Position numbers and translations under genes: made by a program. A DNA stretch of 63,214 nucleotides, counting the filler, from Chiloscyllium plagiosum (Eukaryota): the NCBI RefSeq assembly GCF_004010195.1. It is 4 parts of one record of this genome, joined end to end, with 100 filler letters (N's around TTAATTAATTAA, not from the genome) between each part and the next. Parts side by side here need not be neighbours in the genome. Positions count along the whole stretch, not along the records: positions 22,359 to 47,475 come from NC_057716.1; positions 47,576 to 60,759 come from NC_057716.1; 2 more parts are not named here. One strand, given 5' to 3'. Below, piece after piece: positions 37,660 to 49,580 of this stretch. Position 1 is the stretch's first letter, and each line of letters starts with the position of its first letter. Below the pieces are notes generated by a model. The model was given only the letters and a program-made list of their open reading frames with translations. It searched no databases and was not told the DNA's origin.

Positions 37660-40550
37660 ATATGAACTTGCAGCATGGGTTGGTACCTGGGATTTTGATG
37701 TTGTGGTCATTTGGAGACATGGGGAGAGCTGGGACAGGAATGGTTGTTGCAGATTCTGGGATTTAGATGTTTCAATAAGAACAAAGAAGATGATAAAAGG
37801 TGGAGGAGGTGGTATTGTTTAACAAGAACAGTATTACGGTGGCAGAAAGCACATATGAGGATTCGTCTACTAAGGTAGTTTATGGGCAGAGGTTAGAAAC
37901 AGGAAAGGAGAGGTCACCCTGCTGGGAGTTTTCTATAGGTCTCCAAATAGTTCCCGAGATGTAGCAGAAAGGATAGCAAAGATGATTCCCGATAGGAGCA
38001 AGTGTGTCAGGGTAGTTATTATGGGGTCTTTAACTTTCTAAATATTGACTGGGAATACAATAGTTCGAGTACTTTAGATAGGTCAGTTTTTGTCCAATGT
38101 GTGCAGGAGAGTTTCCTGACACAGTATGTAGACAGGCCAACAAGGGGCGAGGCCACTTTGAATTTGATACTGGGTAATGAACCTGGCCAGGTGTTAGATT
38201 TGGAGGTAGGTGAGCACTTTGGTGATAGTGACCACAATTCGGTTATGTTTACTTTAGCGATGGAAAGGGATAGGTATATACCACAGGGCAAGAGTTACAG
38301 CTGGGCAAAAGGCAATTACAATACGATTCAGCAAGATTTAGGATGCATAGTATGAGGAAGGAAGCTGCAGGGGATGAACACAATTGAAATGTGGAGCTTG
38401 TTCAAAAAACCGCTACTGCGTGTCCTTGATAAATATGTACCTTTCAGGCAGGGAGGAAGTGGTCAAGTGCGGGAGCTGTGGTTTACCAAAGACTTAAAGA
38501 GAGAGCTAAGAAGAGCCAGGAGAGGATATGAGAAGTCATTGGCGGATAGGATCAAGGAAAACCCTAAGGCTTTCTATCGGTATATCAGGAATAAAAGAAT
38601 GACTATAGATTAGGGCCAGGAAAAGCGCAGCAGGCCAGGCAGCATCTGAGGAGCAGGAGAATCGACGTTTTTGGGCATAAGCCCTTCTTCAGGAATGCCC
38701 AAAACGTCGATTCTCCTGCTCCTCGGATGCTGCCTGGCCTGCTGCGCTTTTCCAGCACCACACTTTTCAACTCTGGTCTCCAGCATCTGCAGTCCTCACT
38801 TTCTCCTACAGATTAGGGCCAATCAAGGACAGTAGTGGGAAGTTGTGCATGAAGTCAGAGGAGATGGGGAGGCACTAAATGAATATTTTTCATCAGTATT
38901 TACACTGAAAAAAGGGGCAGTGGAGAATACTGAGATACAGGCTACTGGACTAGATGGGATTGAGGTTCACAAGGAGGAGGTGTTAGCAATCCTGGAAAGT
39001 GTAAAAATAGTTAAATCCCCTGGGCCAGATGGGATTTATCCTAGGATTCTTTGGGAAGCCAGGGAGGAGATTTCTGTACCTTTGGCTTTGATCTTTATGT
39101 CGTCATTGTCTACAGGAATAGTGCCAGAGGACTGGAGGATGGCAAATCTTGTTCCCCTCTTCAAGAAGGGGAGTAGAGACAATCCTGGAAATTATAGACC
39201 TGTGAGCCTGACTTTGGTTGTGGGTAAAATGTTGGAAAAGGTTATAAGGGATAGGATTTATAATCATCTTGAAAGGAATAAGTTGGTTAGGGATAGTCAA
39301 CATGGTTTTGAGAAGCGTAGGTTGTACCTCACAAACGTTACTGAAGTCTTAGAGAAAGTGACCAAACAGGTGGATGAGGGTAAAGTGGTGTATATGGATT
39401 TCAGTAAAGTAGTTGATATGGTTCCCCACAGTAGGCTTTTGCACAAAATACGGAGGCATGGGATTGAGGGTGACTTAGCGGTTTGGATCAGAAATTGGTT
39501 AGCTGAAAGAAGACAGAGGGTGGTGATTGATGGGAAATATTCATCCTGGAATTCAGGTACTAGTGGTGTACCACAAGGATCTGTTTTGGGGTTACTGCTG
39601 TTTGTCGTTTTATAAATGACCTGGGTGAGGGTGTAGAAGGATGGGTTAGTCAATTTGCGGATGACACTAAGGTTGGTGGAGTTGTGGTTGTGCTGAAGGA
39701 TGTTGCAGATTACAGAGGGACATAAATAAGCTGCAGAGCTGGGCTGAGAGGTGGCAAATGGAGTTTAATGTGGAAAAGTGTGAGGTGATTCACGTTGCAA
39801 GGAGTAACAGGAATGCAGAGTACTCAGTTAATGGTAAGATTTTTCTTAGTGTAGATGAACAGAGGGATCTCGGTGTCCATTTACATATATCCCTGAAAGT
39901 TGCCACCTAGGTTGATAGGATTGTTAAGAAGGCATACAGTGTGTTAGCTTTCATTGGTAGAGAGATTGAGTTTCAGAACCTTGAGGTCATGCTACTGTTG
40001 TACAAAACTCTGGTGCGGCCGTGCTTGGAGTATTCCGTACATTTTTGGTCACCGCATTATAGGAAGAATGGGAAGCTTTGAAAAGGGTTCAGAGGAGATT
40101 TACTAGGATGTTGCCCTCGTATGAAGGGGAGGTTTTACAAGGAAAGGCTGAGGGACTTGAGGCTGTTTTCATTGGAGAGAAGAAGGTTGAGAGGTGACTT
40201 AATTTAGACATTTAAGATAATCAGAGAGGTAGGTAGGATGGACAGAGAAAGCCTTTTTCCTCAGATGGTGATGGTTAGGACGAGAGGGCATAACTTTAAA
40301 TTGAGGGGTGATAGATATAGGACAGATGTCAGAGGTAGGTTCTTTACTCAGAGAGTAGTTAGGGGTGTGGAATGGCCTGCCTGCAACAGTAGTAGACTCC
40401 CCAACTTTCAGGGCATTCAAATGGGCATTGGATAGACCTATGGATGAAAATTGAATAGTGTAGGTTAAATTGGCTTCAGATTAGTTTCACAGGTTAATGT
40501 GACACCGAGGGCCAAAGGGCCTGTACTGTGCTGCAATGTTCCATGTTCAA
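37660..40550 (+). mobile_element. Long decayed CR1 ORF2 (APE endonuclease + RT + 3' tail) with fold-back PLE insert 38619-38805
   Basis: [42 protein letters not shown](T/C)AGATTAGGGCCA at 38603-38618 and 38806-38821. Confidence 0.92.
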
Positions 40551-41780
40551 AGTTTGTCTAGGACCTCACCTAGACTGAGAAGGAACTTTTACAGATTAAG
40601 GGCAACTTTGGTTCCAGTCTCATAAAAGTTACATTCTCAGGTTATCTGTTAAAAAAAAGTTTTGTGATTTACGTATGAAAGAAGTGAAACTATCATGGTC
40701 ATTCTAACAAATGAAAGACTTAACAATCAAGGTATTTTTCAATGTATAATTTCAGACTGAAACCTTTTGCTATAAATTCTGTGTCTTACAATTGTGTCCT
40801 CCACAACCACCTGATGAAGGAGCGGCGCTTCAAAAGCTAGTGCTTCCAATTAAACCTGTTGGACTATAACCTGGTGTTGTGTGATGTTTAACTTTGTATA
40901 CTCCAGTCCAACACTGGCATCTCCAAATCATGTCCACACAGACAGTCATCTGAGGTCAGGTCCCTTCTGCCGTGAAGCAGCACTGCTAACCACTGAGCTA
41001 CTGAGTCACCCCAAACACCTGGGGCTGAGATAGGATGGAACATTTCTCACTGGAGTGTAGGATGTTGAGAGGTGAATTTATAGAGGTTTGTAAAATCATG
41101 AGTGGCATAGATAGGGTTTTTGGCAGGTGTTTTTTTCTCCAGGATGAGGGATTTCAAAACTAGTGGACATATTTTTAAGATGAGAGGAGGGAGATTTAAA
41201 AAGACATGAAGGGAAATTATTTTACACAGAGTATGGTTCACCTCTGGAATGAACTTCCTGAAGAAATAGTGGATGCAGACCCTGTTACAACATTTAAAAG
41301 ACACTTAGATAAGGACGTGAATAGGAAAGGTTTGGAGGGATATGGGCCAGGAGCAGGCAAGTGAGACTAGTTTAGTTTGGGATTACGTTTAGCATGGACT
41401 GGTTGGACAAAGGGTCTGTTTCTCTGCTGCATGACTCTATCACTATAGTTAAAGTATAGACAAAAGAAAAAAAGAATTGGAATAACAACTCTATTATAAA
41501 ACTTAACAGATCAATAGATTATTTAACTACTAAACATCAATTGTTCCAATGTAGTAACATTCCCCCAAACACACCCTTAGCAAAGGCAAATTCAATAAAA
41601 AAGATTGTCTTACACAAAATTCTCTGGTCCAGGAGGAAAAAACATCAAGAGAAAACTCATTGAGAGATAACTCAAGTGTCTTGCTGTAGCAGGGAGAGAC
41701 GAATTGCAGCTACCGACAGCTACTGAATGTTAGACTAAAATCTTGGTTCTAGGGAGCTTGACCCCACCCCTTCACCCCTT

Positions 41781-42105
41781 GGGGGCGGCACGGTAGCACA
41801 GTGGTTAGCACTGCTGCTTCACAGCGCCAGAGACCCGGGTTCAATTCCCGCCTCAGGCGACTCTCTGTGTGGAGTTTGCACATTCTCCCCGTGTCTGCGT
41901 GGGTTTCCTCCGGGTGCTCCGGTTTCCTCCCACAATCCAAAAATGTGCAGGGGTTAGGTGAATTGGCCATGCTAAATTGCCCGTAGTGTTAGGTGAAGGG
42001 GTAAATGTAGGAGAATGGGTCTGGGTGGGTTACGCTTCGGCGGGTCGGTGTGGACTTGTTGGGCCGAAGGGCCTGTTTCCACACTGTAAGTAATCTAATC
42101 TAATC
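41781..42105 (+). mobile_element. HE1-type V-SINE, full length
   Basis: A/B box head, V-domain, TAATC tail. Confidence 0.92.
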
Positions 42106-42264
42106 TTCACGCTGCTTTTATTGTTCCAATTTTAACAAAAAACCCCAAGGCCTCACAAGCCATTTACTTTTTTGGCTTTAACAGGCCACTTGTTCCCTCT
42201 ATCTCAACCTCTCTTCATAAAAATAAACAGGACTAAATACAACCATAGGATCATCACACAATGT

Positions 42265-42561
42265 GATTAGATTACTTACAGTGTAGAAACAGGCCAACAA
42301 GTCCACACTGACCCTCTAAAGAGCAACCCATCCACCTACATTTACCCCTATACCTAACACTACGGGCAATTTAGCATGGCCAATTCACCTAACCTGCACA
42401 TTTTTGGACTGTGGGAGGAAACTCGAGCACCCGGAAGAACCCCACGCAGACAGAGGGAGAATGTGCAAACTCCACACAGACAGATGCCTGAGGCAGGAAT
42501 TGAACCCGGGTCTCTGGCACTGTGAGGCAGCAGTGCTAACCACTGTGCCACTGTGCCACCC
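42265..42561 (-). mobile_element. HE1-type V-SINE
   Basis: Reverse complement of the 41781 copy. Confidence 0.9.
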
Positions 42562-43052
42562 ATTTAGCTGGTTAGCCTCCCTCTTCAGTATATCCTGAAC
42601 AGGGCTTGAGACATCCTTCACTCTAGCTTTTGAACAATTTAAAGTGAACAATTCAAATTAAATATGAGACTGAAAAATAAAAGAGAGATTTTGTGTTGCA
42701 TTTTATTGAACTACCAGATGCCTCAATGTGCATTGAAATGTAATCACTGTGGTAATGCAGGGTAAAGGCCAGGAGGTATGAATTTTGAAACATGATTTTA
42801 AATTGTACCCTTGTCCTTAAGTTCTTCCAAAGAAGTCAGACAATGTTGTCAGACTCGTGGGAGTCTGACACTGCTGTTTACTGGGACCTGTTCTCAAGAT
42901 AAAAACAATGACTGCAGATGCTAGAAACCAGATTCTCTACCTGGTGCTGTTGACTGCCATACTGACCACTATCTCATGGGGAGGCTGAGCACAATCTGTC
43001 CAATAACGCCTCTTATCACCCAGTCAATCATCAACTCACCATCCAACATCAA

Positions 43053-44581
43053 AGTTAAAAATCACACAACACCAGGGTATAGCCCAACAAGTTTATTTGG
43101 AAGCAGGAGCATTCGGAGCGCTGCTCCTTCATCAGGTGGTTGTGGAGTATAAGATCATAAGACACTATTTATTGCAAACATTTAGTGTGATGCAATTGAA
43201 ATTATATATTGAAAAAGACCTGGATTGTTTGTTAAGTCTCTCACCTTTTAGAATGACCATGTTGGTTTCAGTTCTTCCATATGCGAGTCCCAGAACTTTT
43301 TTTGAAAGTTACATTCTCAAGTGAACTTTAACAATAGGTGCCACGTCAGCCCAGATAATGCATTGAAGGTGTGAGGTGCCCTGTGTGAGGCTGGCTGTGC
43401 CACAATGTTCAGACTGATTCTATTTCTAAAAAAGGGATTTACAGAATCTTACATGTATTTGTGCAGTTTTTGAGCAAAATGAAATGTAACTCTGCAAGTA
43501 CAAATTCACCCCACAAACTTATATGTTTGGGTGTGTGTGTGTGTGTGCAGCGGAGAGAGGTGGTATGAGTTTCTGTGGGAGTGTGTGTGTATGTGTGTGT
43601 GTGAGTGAGAGTGTAAAGGGCTATAAGTCTGTGAGAGGGGGTGTGTGTGTATGTGTGAGCGTATGAGAGCTAATGGGTGGCACGGTGGCACAGTGGTTAG
43701 CACTGCTGCCTCACAGCGCCAGAGACCCAGGTTCGCTTCCTGCCTCAGGCGACTGACTGTGTGGAGTTTGCACATTCTCTCCGTGTCTGCGTGGGTTTCC
43801 TCCGGGTGCTCCGGTTTCCTCCCACAGTCCAAAAATGTGCAGGTTAGGTGAACTGGCCATGTTAAATTGCCCGTAGTGTTAGGTGTAGGGGAATGGGTCT
43901 GGGTGGGTTGCGCTTTGGTGGGTCGGTGTGGACTTGTTGGTCTGAAGGGCCTGTTTCCACACTGTAAGTAATCTAATCTAATAATATTGACAATATGAGA
44001 GCGAATTGTCATACACTCACACGTACGCACCCTCTCACAGACTTATATGCCTTAACACTCACAAACATACACACACACACGCACACATATAAATTTGTGG
44101 GGTGAATTTGTGCTTGCAGAGTTACATTTTGTTTTGGTCAAAATCTGCATGAATCTATGTAAGATTCTGTAAATTCCATTTTTACAAACAATCAGTCTGA
44201 ACATTGGGGCACAGACAGCCTCACACAGGGTGCCTCACATTTTCAATACATTATCTGGGCCGACTTGGCACCACTGTTAAAGTTCACTTGAGATTGTAAC
44301 TTTCAAAAAGGTTCTGGGACTTACATTTAAAGAACTGAAACCAACATGGTCATTCTAAAAGATGAGAGACTTAACAAACAATCCACGTCTTTTTCAATAT
44401 ATAATTTCAGTTGCATCACACTGAAAACTTTTGCTATAAATTCCGTGTCTTATGATCTTTTACTCCACAACCACCTGATGAAGGAGCAGTGCTCTGAAAG
44501 CTAGTGCTTCCAAATAAACCCGTTGGACTATAACCTGGTGTTGTGTGATTTTTAACTTTGTACACCCCAGCACCTCCAAAT
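43053..44581. mobile_element. Palindromic non-coding element (family B) with central HE1 SINE (43675-43982) and 13-bp TSD
   Basis: ~500-bp inverted arms; CATCCAACATCAA 43040-43052 vs CATCCAAAATCAA 44582-44594. Confidence 0.8.
44472..44506 (+). ncRNA. Minimal hammerhead ribozyme motif (family B)
   Basis: CAC-CTGATGA-A-GGAGC-AGT-GCTCT-GAAA-GCTA-GTG: core, stem II, CAC/GTG stem I, palindromic AGCT helix III. Confidence 0.7.
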
Positions 44582-44614
44582 CATCCAAAATCAAGCTGTT
44601 GTTTCAATAAGGGA

Positions 44615-44820
44615 GCTGGCCAGCTCAGTTAGCTGGTTTGTGATGTGGAGTGATGTTAACAGCATGGGTTCAATTGCTCCACCAGCTCAGCTTACTGGTG
44701 AAGGACTCTCCTTCTCAAGCACTCCCCTTGCCTGAGGCATGGTGATTCTCAGTCACCTCTCTCTCTCTTTAATGAGAGAGCATCCTTTGGTCTGCTAGGA
44801 ATATGGTGTCTTTACCTTTT
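44615..44820 (+). mobile_element. Older tRNA-derived SINE (second copy ~49770-49960, minus strand)
   Basis: AGCTCAGTT...GGGTTCAATT A/B-box-like head; homologous inverted copy seen. Confidence 0.5.
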
Positions 44821-44949
44821 GAATGTATATGACCTGAGGATGTGTGTTATTTGCTTATTATAAGATCTTACACTTTAATGTTCGACTTTAATAGCAAGCA
44901 AAATGATACTCTGTTTCCACTAGTTGGTACGTCAGTAACTAGGGGTCCC

Positions 44950-46465
44950 ATCTGCGTCCTCTTGTTTTTCATTTAAATAAATGATTTGGATGAGAATATA
45001 GAAGGCGTGGTTAGTAAGTTTGCAGATAACACCAAATTGGGTGATATAGTAGACAGTGAAGAAGGTTTTTTTTAAGATTACAAAGGAATCCTGATCAAAT
45101 GGGTCAATGGGCTGAAAAATGGCAGATGGTGTTCAATCTGGATAAATGTGAGGTATTGCATTTTGGTACAACAAGCAAGGGTAGGGCTTATACAGTTAAT
45201 GGTAGGACCTTGGGTAGAGTTGTAGAACAGAGGGACCTCGGGGTATAGATACATAATTCTTTGAAGTTTGCATCACATCTAGACAGGGTGGTTAAGATGG
45301 CATTTGCCATGCTTGCCTTCACTGCTCAGACGTTTGCGTATCGGAGGTGGGGAGGAGAAAAGCTTATGTTCGAAACATCGACTCTCCTGCTCCTCAGATG
45401 CTGACTGACTGGCTGTGCTTTTCCAGCGTGACACGTTTTGACTCTGTATAGGAGTTGGGTAGGCGAAAGGAGGACTGCAGATGCTGGAGATCAGAGTCAA
45501 GAGTAGAGTGGTGCTGGAAAAGCACAGCCGGTCAGGCAGTATCTGAGGAGCAGGAAAATTGACATTTCAGGCAAAAGCCTTTCATCAGGAGTGGTATACG
45601 AGTTGGGTAGTCATGTCAAGGTTGTACAGGACATTGATGAGACCTCTTTAGAATTAGAGCCCCGACAGTGTGGAAATAGGCCATTCAACCCAACAAGTCC
45701 ACACCAACCTTCCGAGGAGTAACCCACCCAGACCCATTCCCCTACCCTATATTTACCTCTGACTAATGCACCTAACTTATACATCCCTGAACACTATGGG
45801 CAATTTAGCATGGCCACTTCACCCTAACCTGCACATCTTTGGATTGTGGGAGGAAACCGGAGCACCCGGAGGAAACCCACACAGACACAGGGAGAATGTG
45901 CAAACTCCACACAGAGAGTCGCCCGAGGCAGGAATCGAACCCTGGTCCCTGGTGCTGCTAACTGTGCCACTCTTCTGGAATACTGTGTCCAGTTCCGGTC
46001 AGCCAGTTATAGGAAGGATATTATCAAGCTGGAGAGGTTTCAGAAGAGATTCACGAGGATGTTGCCGGGTTTGGAAGGTTTGAGTTATAAAGAATGGTGG
46101 AATTGGCTGGGACCTTTTTCACTGGAGTGTAGAAGGTTGAGAGGTGACCTTATAGAAGAATATAAAATTATGAGGAGTATGGATAGGATTAATGGTAGGT
46201 GCCTTTTCCCTGAGAAAGGGGATTTCAAGACTAGGGGGAGTATTTTCAAGGTGAGAGGAGAGAGATTTTAAAAAGCATGAGGTACTTTTTTTACACAGAG
46301 GATGATTTGGGTGTGGAATGAACTTGCTGAGGAAGTGGTGAATACACTTTGTTAAATTCATGAATAGGATGGGTATGGGCCAGAAGCAGGCAGGTGGGAC
46401 TAGTTTAGTTTGGAATTATGTTCTGCAGGGACTGGTTGAACTGAAGGGTCTGTTTCAGTGCTCTA
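44950..46465 (+). mobile_element. CR1 3' fragment with PLE pLTR inserts (~45355-45595) and HE1 SINE (~45652-45970, -)
   Basis: SKFADNTK, LEYCVQF, RRLRGDLIE. Confidence 0.85.
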
Positions 46466-46724
46466 TAAGAAAATTGGGAGTGAGATGGAGAGAAACTCCT
46501 TTACTCAGAGTGGATTTAGAATGCGCTGCCTGGGAGACTGATTCCACAGGAGGCTTCCAAAGAGAGCTGGAGATATATTTGAAAGTGACGAGGTTTAGTG
46601 GGGGCTGGAGAGTGGGGCTAGCTGGGTATCTCTTTCAGGAGCCGGTACAGACACGATGGGCCGAATGATCTCCATTTGCAATGTCAAAGAGCAGAGGGGT
46701 TGGGATCAGGAGTCCGACTGCCGT

Positions 46725-46940
46725 ACCCACAGAGCTAGTACAGGCCTTGCGGGCCGAATGTCCCGTCTTGAGCTGTTGCTTGGTTCGAGCGCCGTGTCTC
46801 CGGCAGAGGGGGCCCGCCGGCCGCTCTCCCCAACCCACAGAGGCTAGTACAGGCTGTGCGGGCCGAATGTCCCGTCTTGAGCTGTTGCTTGGTTCGAGCG
46901 CCGTGTCTCCGGCAGAGGGGGCCCGCCGGCCGCTCTCCCC
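46725..46940 (+). repeat. GC/CpG-rich tandem duplication, 2 x ~108 bp
   Basis: Units start ACCCACAGAG at 46725 and 46833 and are nearly identical. Confidence 0.9.
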
Positions 46941-46944
46941 ACCC

Positions 46945-47070
46945 ACCCAGACAGACAGACAGGCAGACAGACAGGGAGAGAGAGAGAGGGAGAGACCCAG
47001 GGAGGGACCCAGCCTGATCGGGGCAGGGCGACTGACAGCCTCCAGCCCGGAGAACACAGCAGCGATCCCG
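46945..47070 (+). other. Putative non-coding first exon in a CpG-rich island
   Basis: Purine-rich (AGAC)n/(GA)n leader ending at a strong donor CCG|GTGAGT (47070/47071); CpG-rich sequence continues to the gap at 47476. Confidence 0.35.
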
Positions 47071-47575
47071 GTGAGTTTCAAACTTTCCTCCAAACTCCTG
47101 CTCAACTTTCAGGCAAGTTCTGTTTCGCTGTTTGGGGAGTGGGTGGGGATGGGAGGGGAGGGGAGGGGAGCACCCCTCAAACCCGACCAGATCCTCGGGA
47201 GATTTATTAAAAGAGGAAGGAACAGTTGGCAATCGAAAAGAGAGCCACGATTCCCAACTGAAAGGTTCCAGAGAAAAGGAATTGAACCATCCCCCTGACA
47301 TTTTTCGATTCCCCAGCAGGACAGCTTGTGGGGAGGAGCAGCTCCCCATCGTCCCCAGGCCAACCCGCGGCTGCTGTCGGCCTCTCGGGGTTTCTCATCC
47401 TGGCCAGCCCGCTCCCCCACCTTTCCCCAGACCCTGACCTCCCACACTCCCTACTGCCCTACCCCCCGATCCCCANNNNNNNNNNNNNNNNNNNNNNNNN
47501 NNNNNNNNNNNNNNNNNNNTTAATTAATTAANNNNNNNNNNNNNNNNNNNNNNNNNNNNNNNNNNNNNNNNNNNN

Positions 47576-48605
47576 CCCTAGGACCTTACCATTAAGTCCT
47601 GCTAAGATTTGCTTTCCCAAAATGTAGCACCTTGCATTTATCTGAATTAAACTCCATCTGCCACTTCTCAGCCCATTGGCCCATCTGGTCCAGATCCTGT
47701 GTAATCTGAGGTAACCCTCTTCGCTGTCCACTACACCTTCAATTTTGGTATCATCTGCAAATTTACTAACTGTACCTGTTATGCTCGCAACCAAATCATT
47801 TATGTAAATGACAAAAAGTAGAGGACCCAGCACCGATCCTTGTGGCATTCCACTGGTCACAGGCCTCCAGTCTGAAAAACAACTTTCCACCACTACCCTC
47901 TGTCTTCTACCTTTGAGCCAGTTTTGTATCCAAATGGCTAGTTCTCCCTGTATTCCATGAGACCTGACCTTGCTAATCAGTCTCTCCCATGGGGAACCTT
48001 GTCGAACGCCTTACTGAAGTCCATATAGATCACATCTACTGCTCTGCCCTCATCAATCTTCTTTGTTACTTCTATGCCCCCTCGTCCAAGCTTACATCAT
48101 CATCCTTGGAAAAAGACTTTCACTGTCTACCCAATCTAATCCTGTAATCATCTTGTATGTCTTTATCAAATCTCCTCTTAATCTTCTACTTCCCAATGAG
48201 AACAGACCCAAGTCTCTCAGCCTTTTCTCATAAGACCTTCCCTCCAGACCAGGCAACATCCTGGTAAATCTCCTCTGCACCTTTTCCAATGCTTCCACAT
48301 CCTTCCTGTAATGGGGTGACCAGAACTATACATAACATTCCAAGTGCGGCCGCACTAATGTTTTGTATAGTTACAGCATGACATTATGGCTCTGAAACTC
48401 AATCCCTCTACCAATAAAACCTATCACACCGTACGCCTTCTTAACAGCACTATCAACCTGGGTGGCAACTTTCAGGAATCTATGTACATGGACTCCAAGA
48501 TCCCTCTGCACATTCATACTACCAACAATCTTTCAATTGACCCAGTGCTCTGCCTTCCTGTTATTCTTCCCAAAGTGAATCACCTCTCATTTATATGCAT
48601 TGAAC
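47576..48605 (-). mobile_element. CR1 fragments
   Basis: [32 protein letters not shown]. Confidence 0.88.
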
Positions 48606-48607
48606 AC

Positions 48608-49580
48608 CAAAGTCCAACAGATTTATTTGGAAGCACTAGCTTTCAGAGCACTGTTCCTTTATCAGGTGGTTGTGGAGTATAGGATTGTAAGACATAGAAT
48701 TTATAACAAAATTTACAGTGTGATGTAACTGAAATTATATATTGAAAAAGACCTGGATTGTTTGTTAAGTCTCTCATCTTTTAGAATGACCATGTTGGTT
48801 TCAGTTTTTTCATATGTAAATCACAAAACATTTTTAAAAGTTACATTCTCAAGTGAACTTTAACAATTGGTGTAATGTTGGCCCAGATAATGTATTGAAG
48901 GTATGAGCTTCCCAGTGTGAGGCTGCCTGTGCCACAATGGTCAGACTGATTCTAATCTGAGAACAGATTTACAGAATCTTACATGGATTCATGCAGTTTT
49001 TGAGCAAAGTAAAATGTAATTCTTCAAGTACAGATTCACCAAACAAACTTATATGTGTATGTGTGGTGGTGGGGGGGAGGGGGGGATAGCGGTGGAGGGG
49101 GTTATGGGTGTCTGTGAGAGAGTGTGTGTATGTGTGTGCGTGTGTGTGTGAAGGCGTATATTCTGTAAATCCGTTCTCAGATTAGAATCAGTCTGAACAT
49201 TGTGGCACAGACAGCCTCACACAGGGAAGCTCACACCTTCAACACATTATCTGGGCCAACATGACACCAATTGTCAAAGTTCCCTTGAGAATGTAACTTT
49301 TAAAAAAGTTTTGAAAGAACTGAAACCAACATGGTCATTCTAACAGATGAGAGACTTAACAAACAATCCAGGTCTTTTTCAATATATAATTTCAGTTACA
49401 TCACACTGTAAATTTTGTTATAAATTCTATGTCTTACAATCTTATTCTCCACAATTATCTGATGAAGGAGCGGTGCTCCGAAAGCTAGTGCTTCCAATTA
49501 AACCTGTTGGACTATAACCTGGTGCTGTGTGATTTTTAACTTTCTAGACCCCAGCCCAACACCGGCACCTCCAAATCACG
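48608..49580. mobile_element. Palindromic non-coding element (family B)
   Basis: Inverted arms; intact hammerhead core CTGATGA-A-GGAGC-GGT-GCTCC-GAAA-GCTA at 49459-49487. Confidence 0.8.

Noticed and set aside
41781..41860. tRNA gene
   Set aside because: tRNA-derived head of an HE1 SINE continuing into the V-domain; no complete cloverleaf or terminator.
46635..47447. 150-205 aa ORFs in the CpG island
   Set aside because: Low-complexity GC-rich frames; the duplicated unit is read in different frames; no domain signature.
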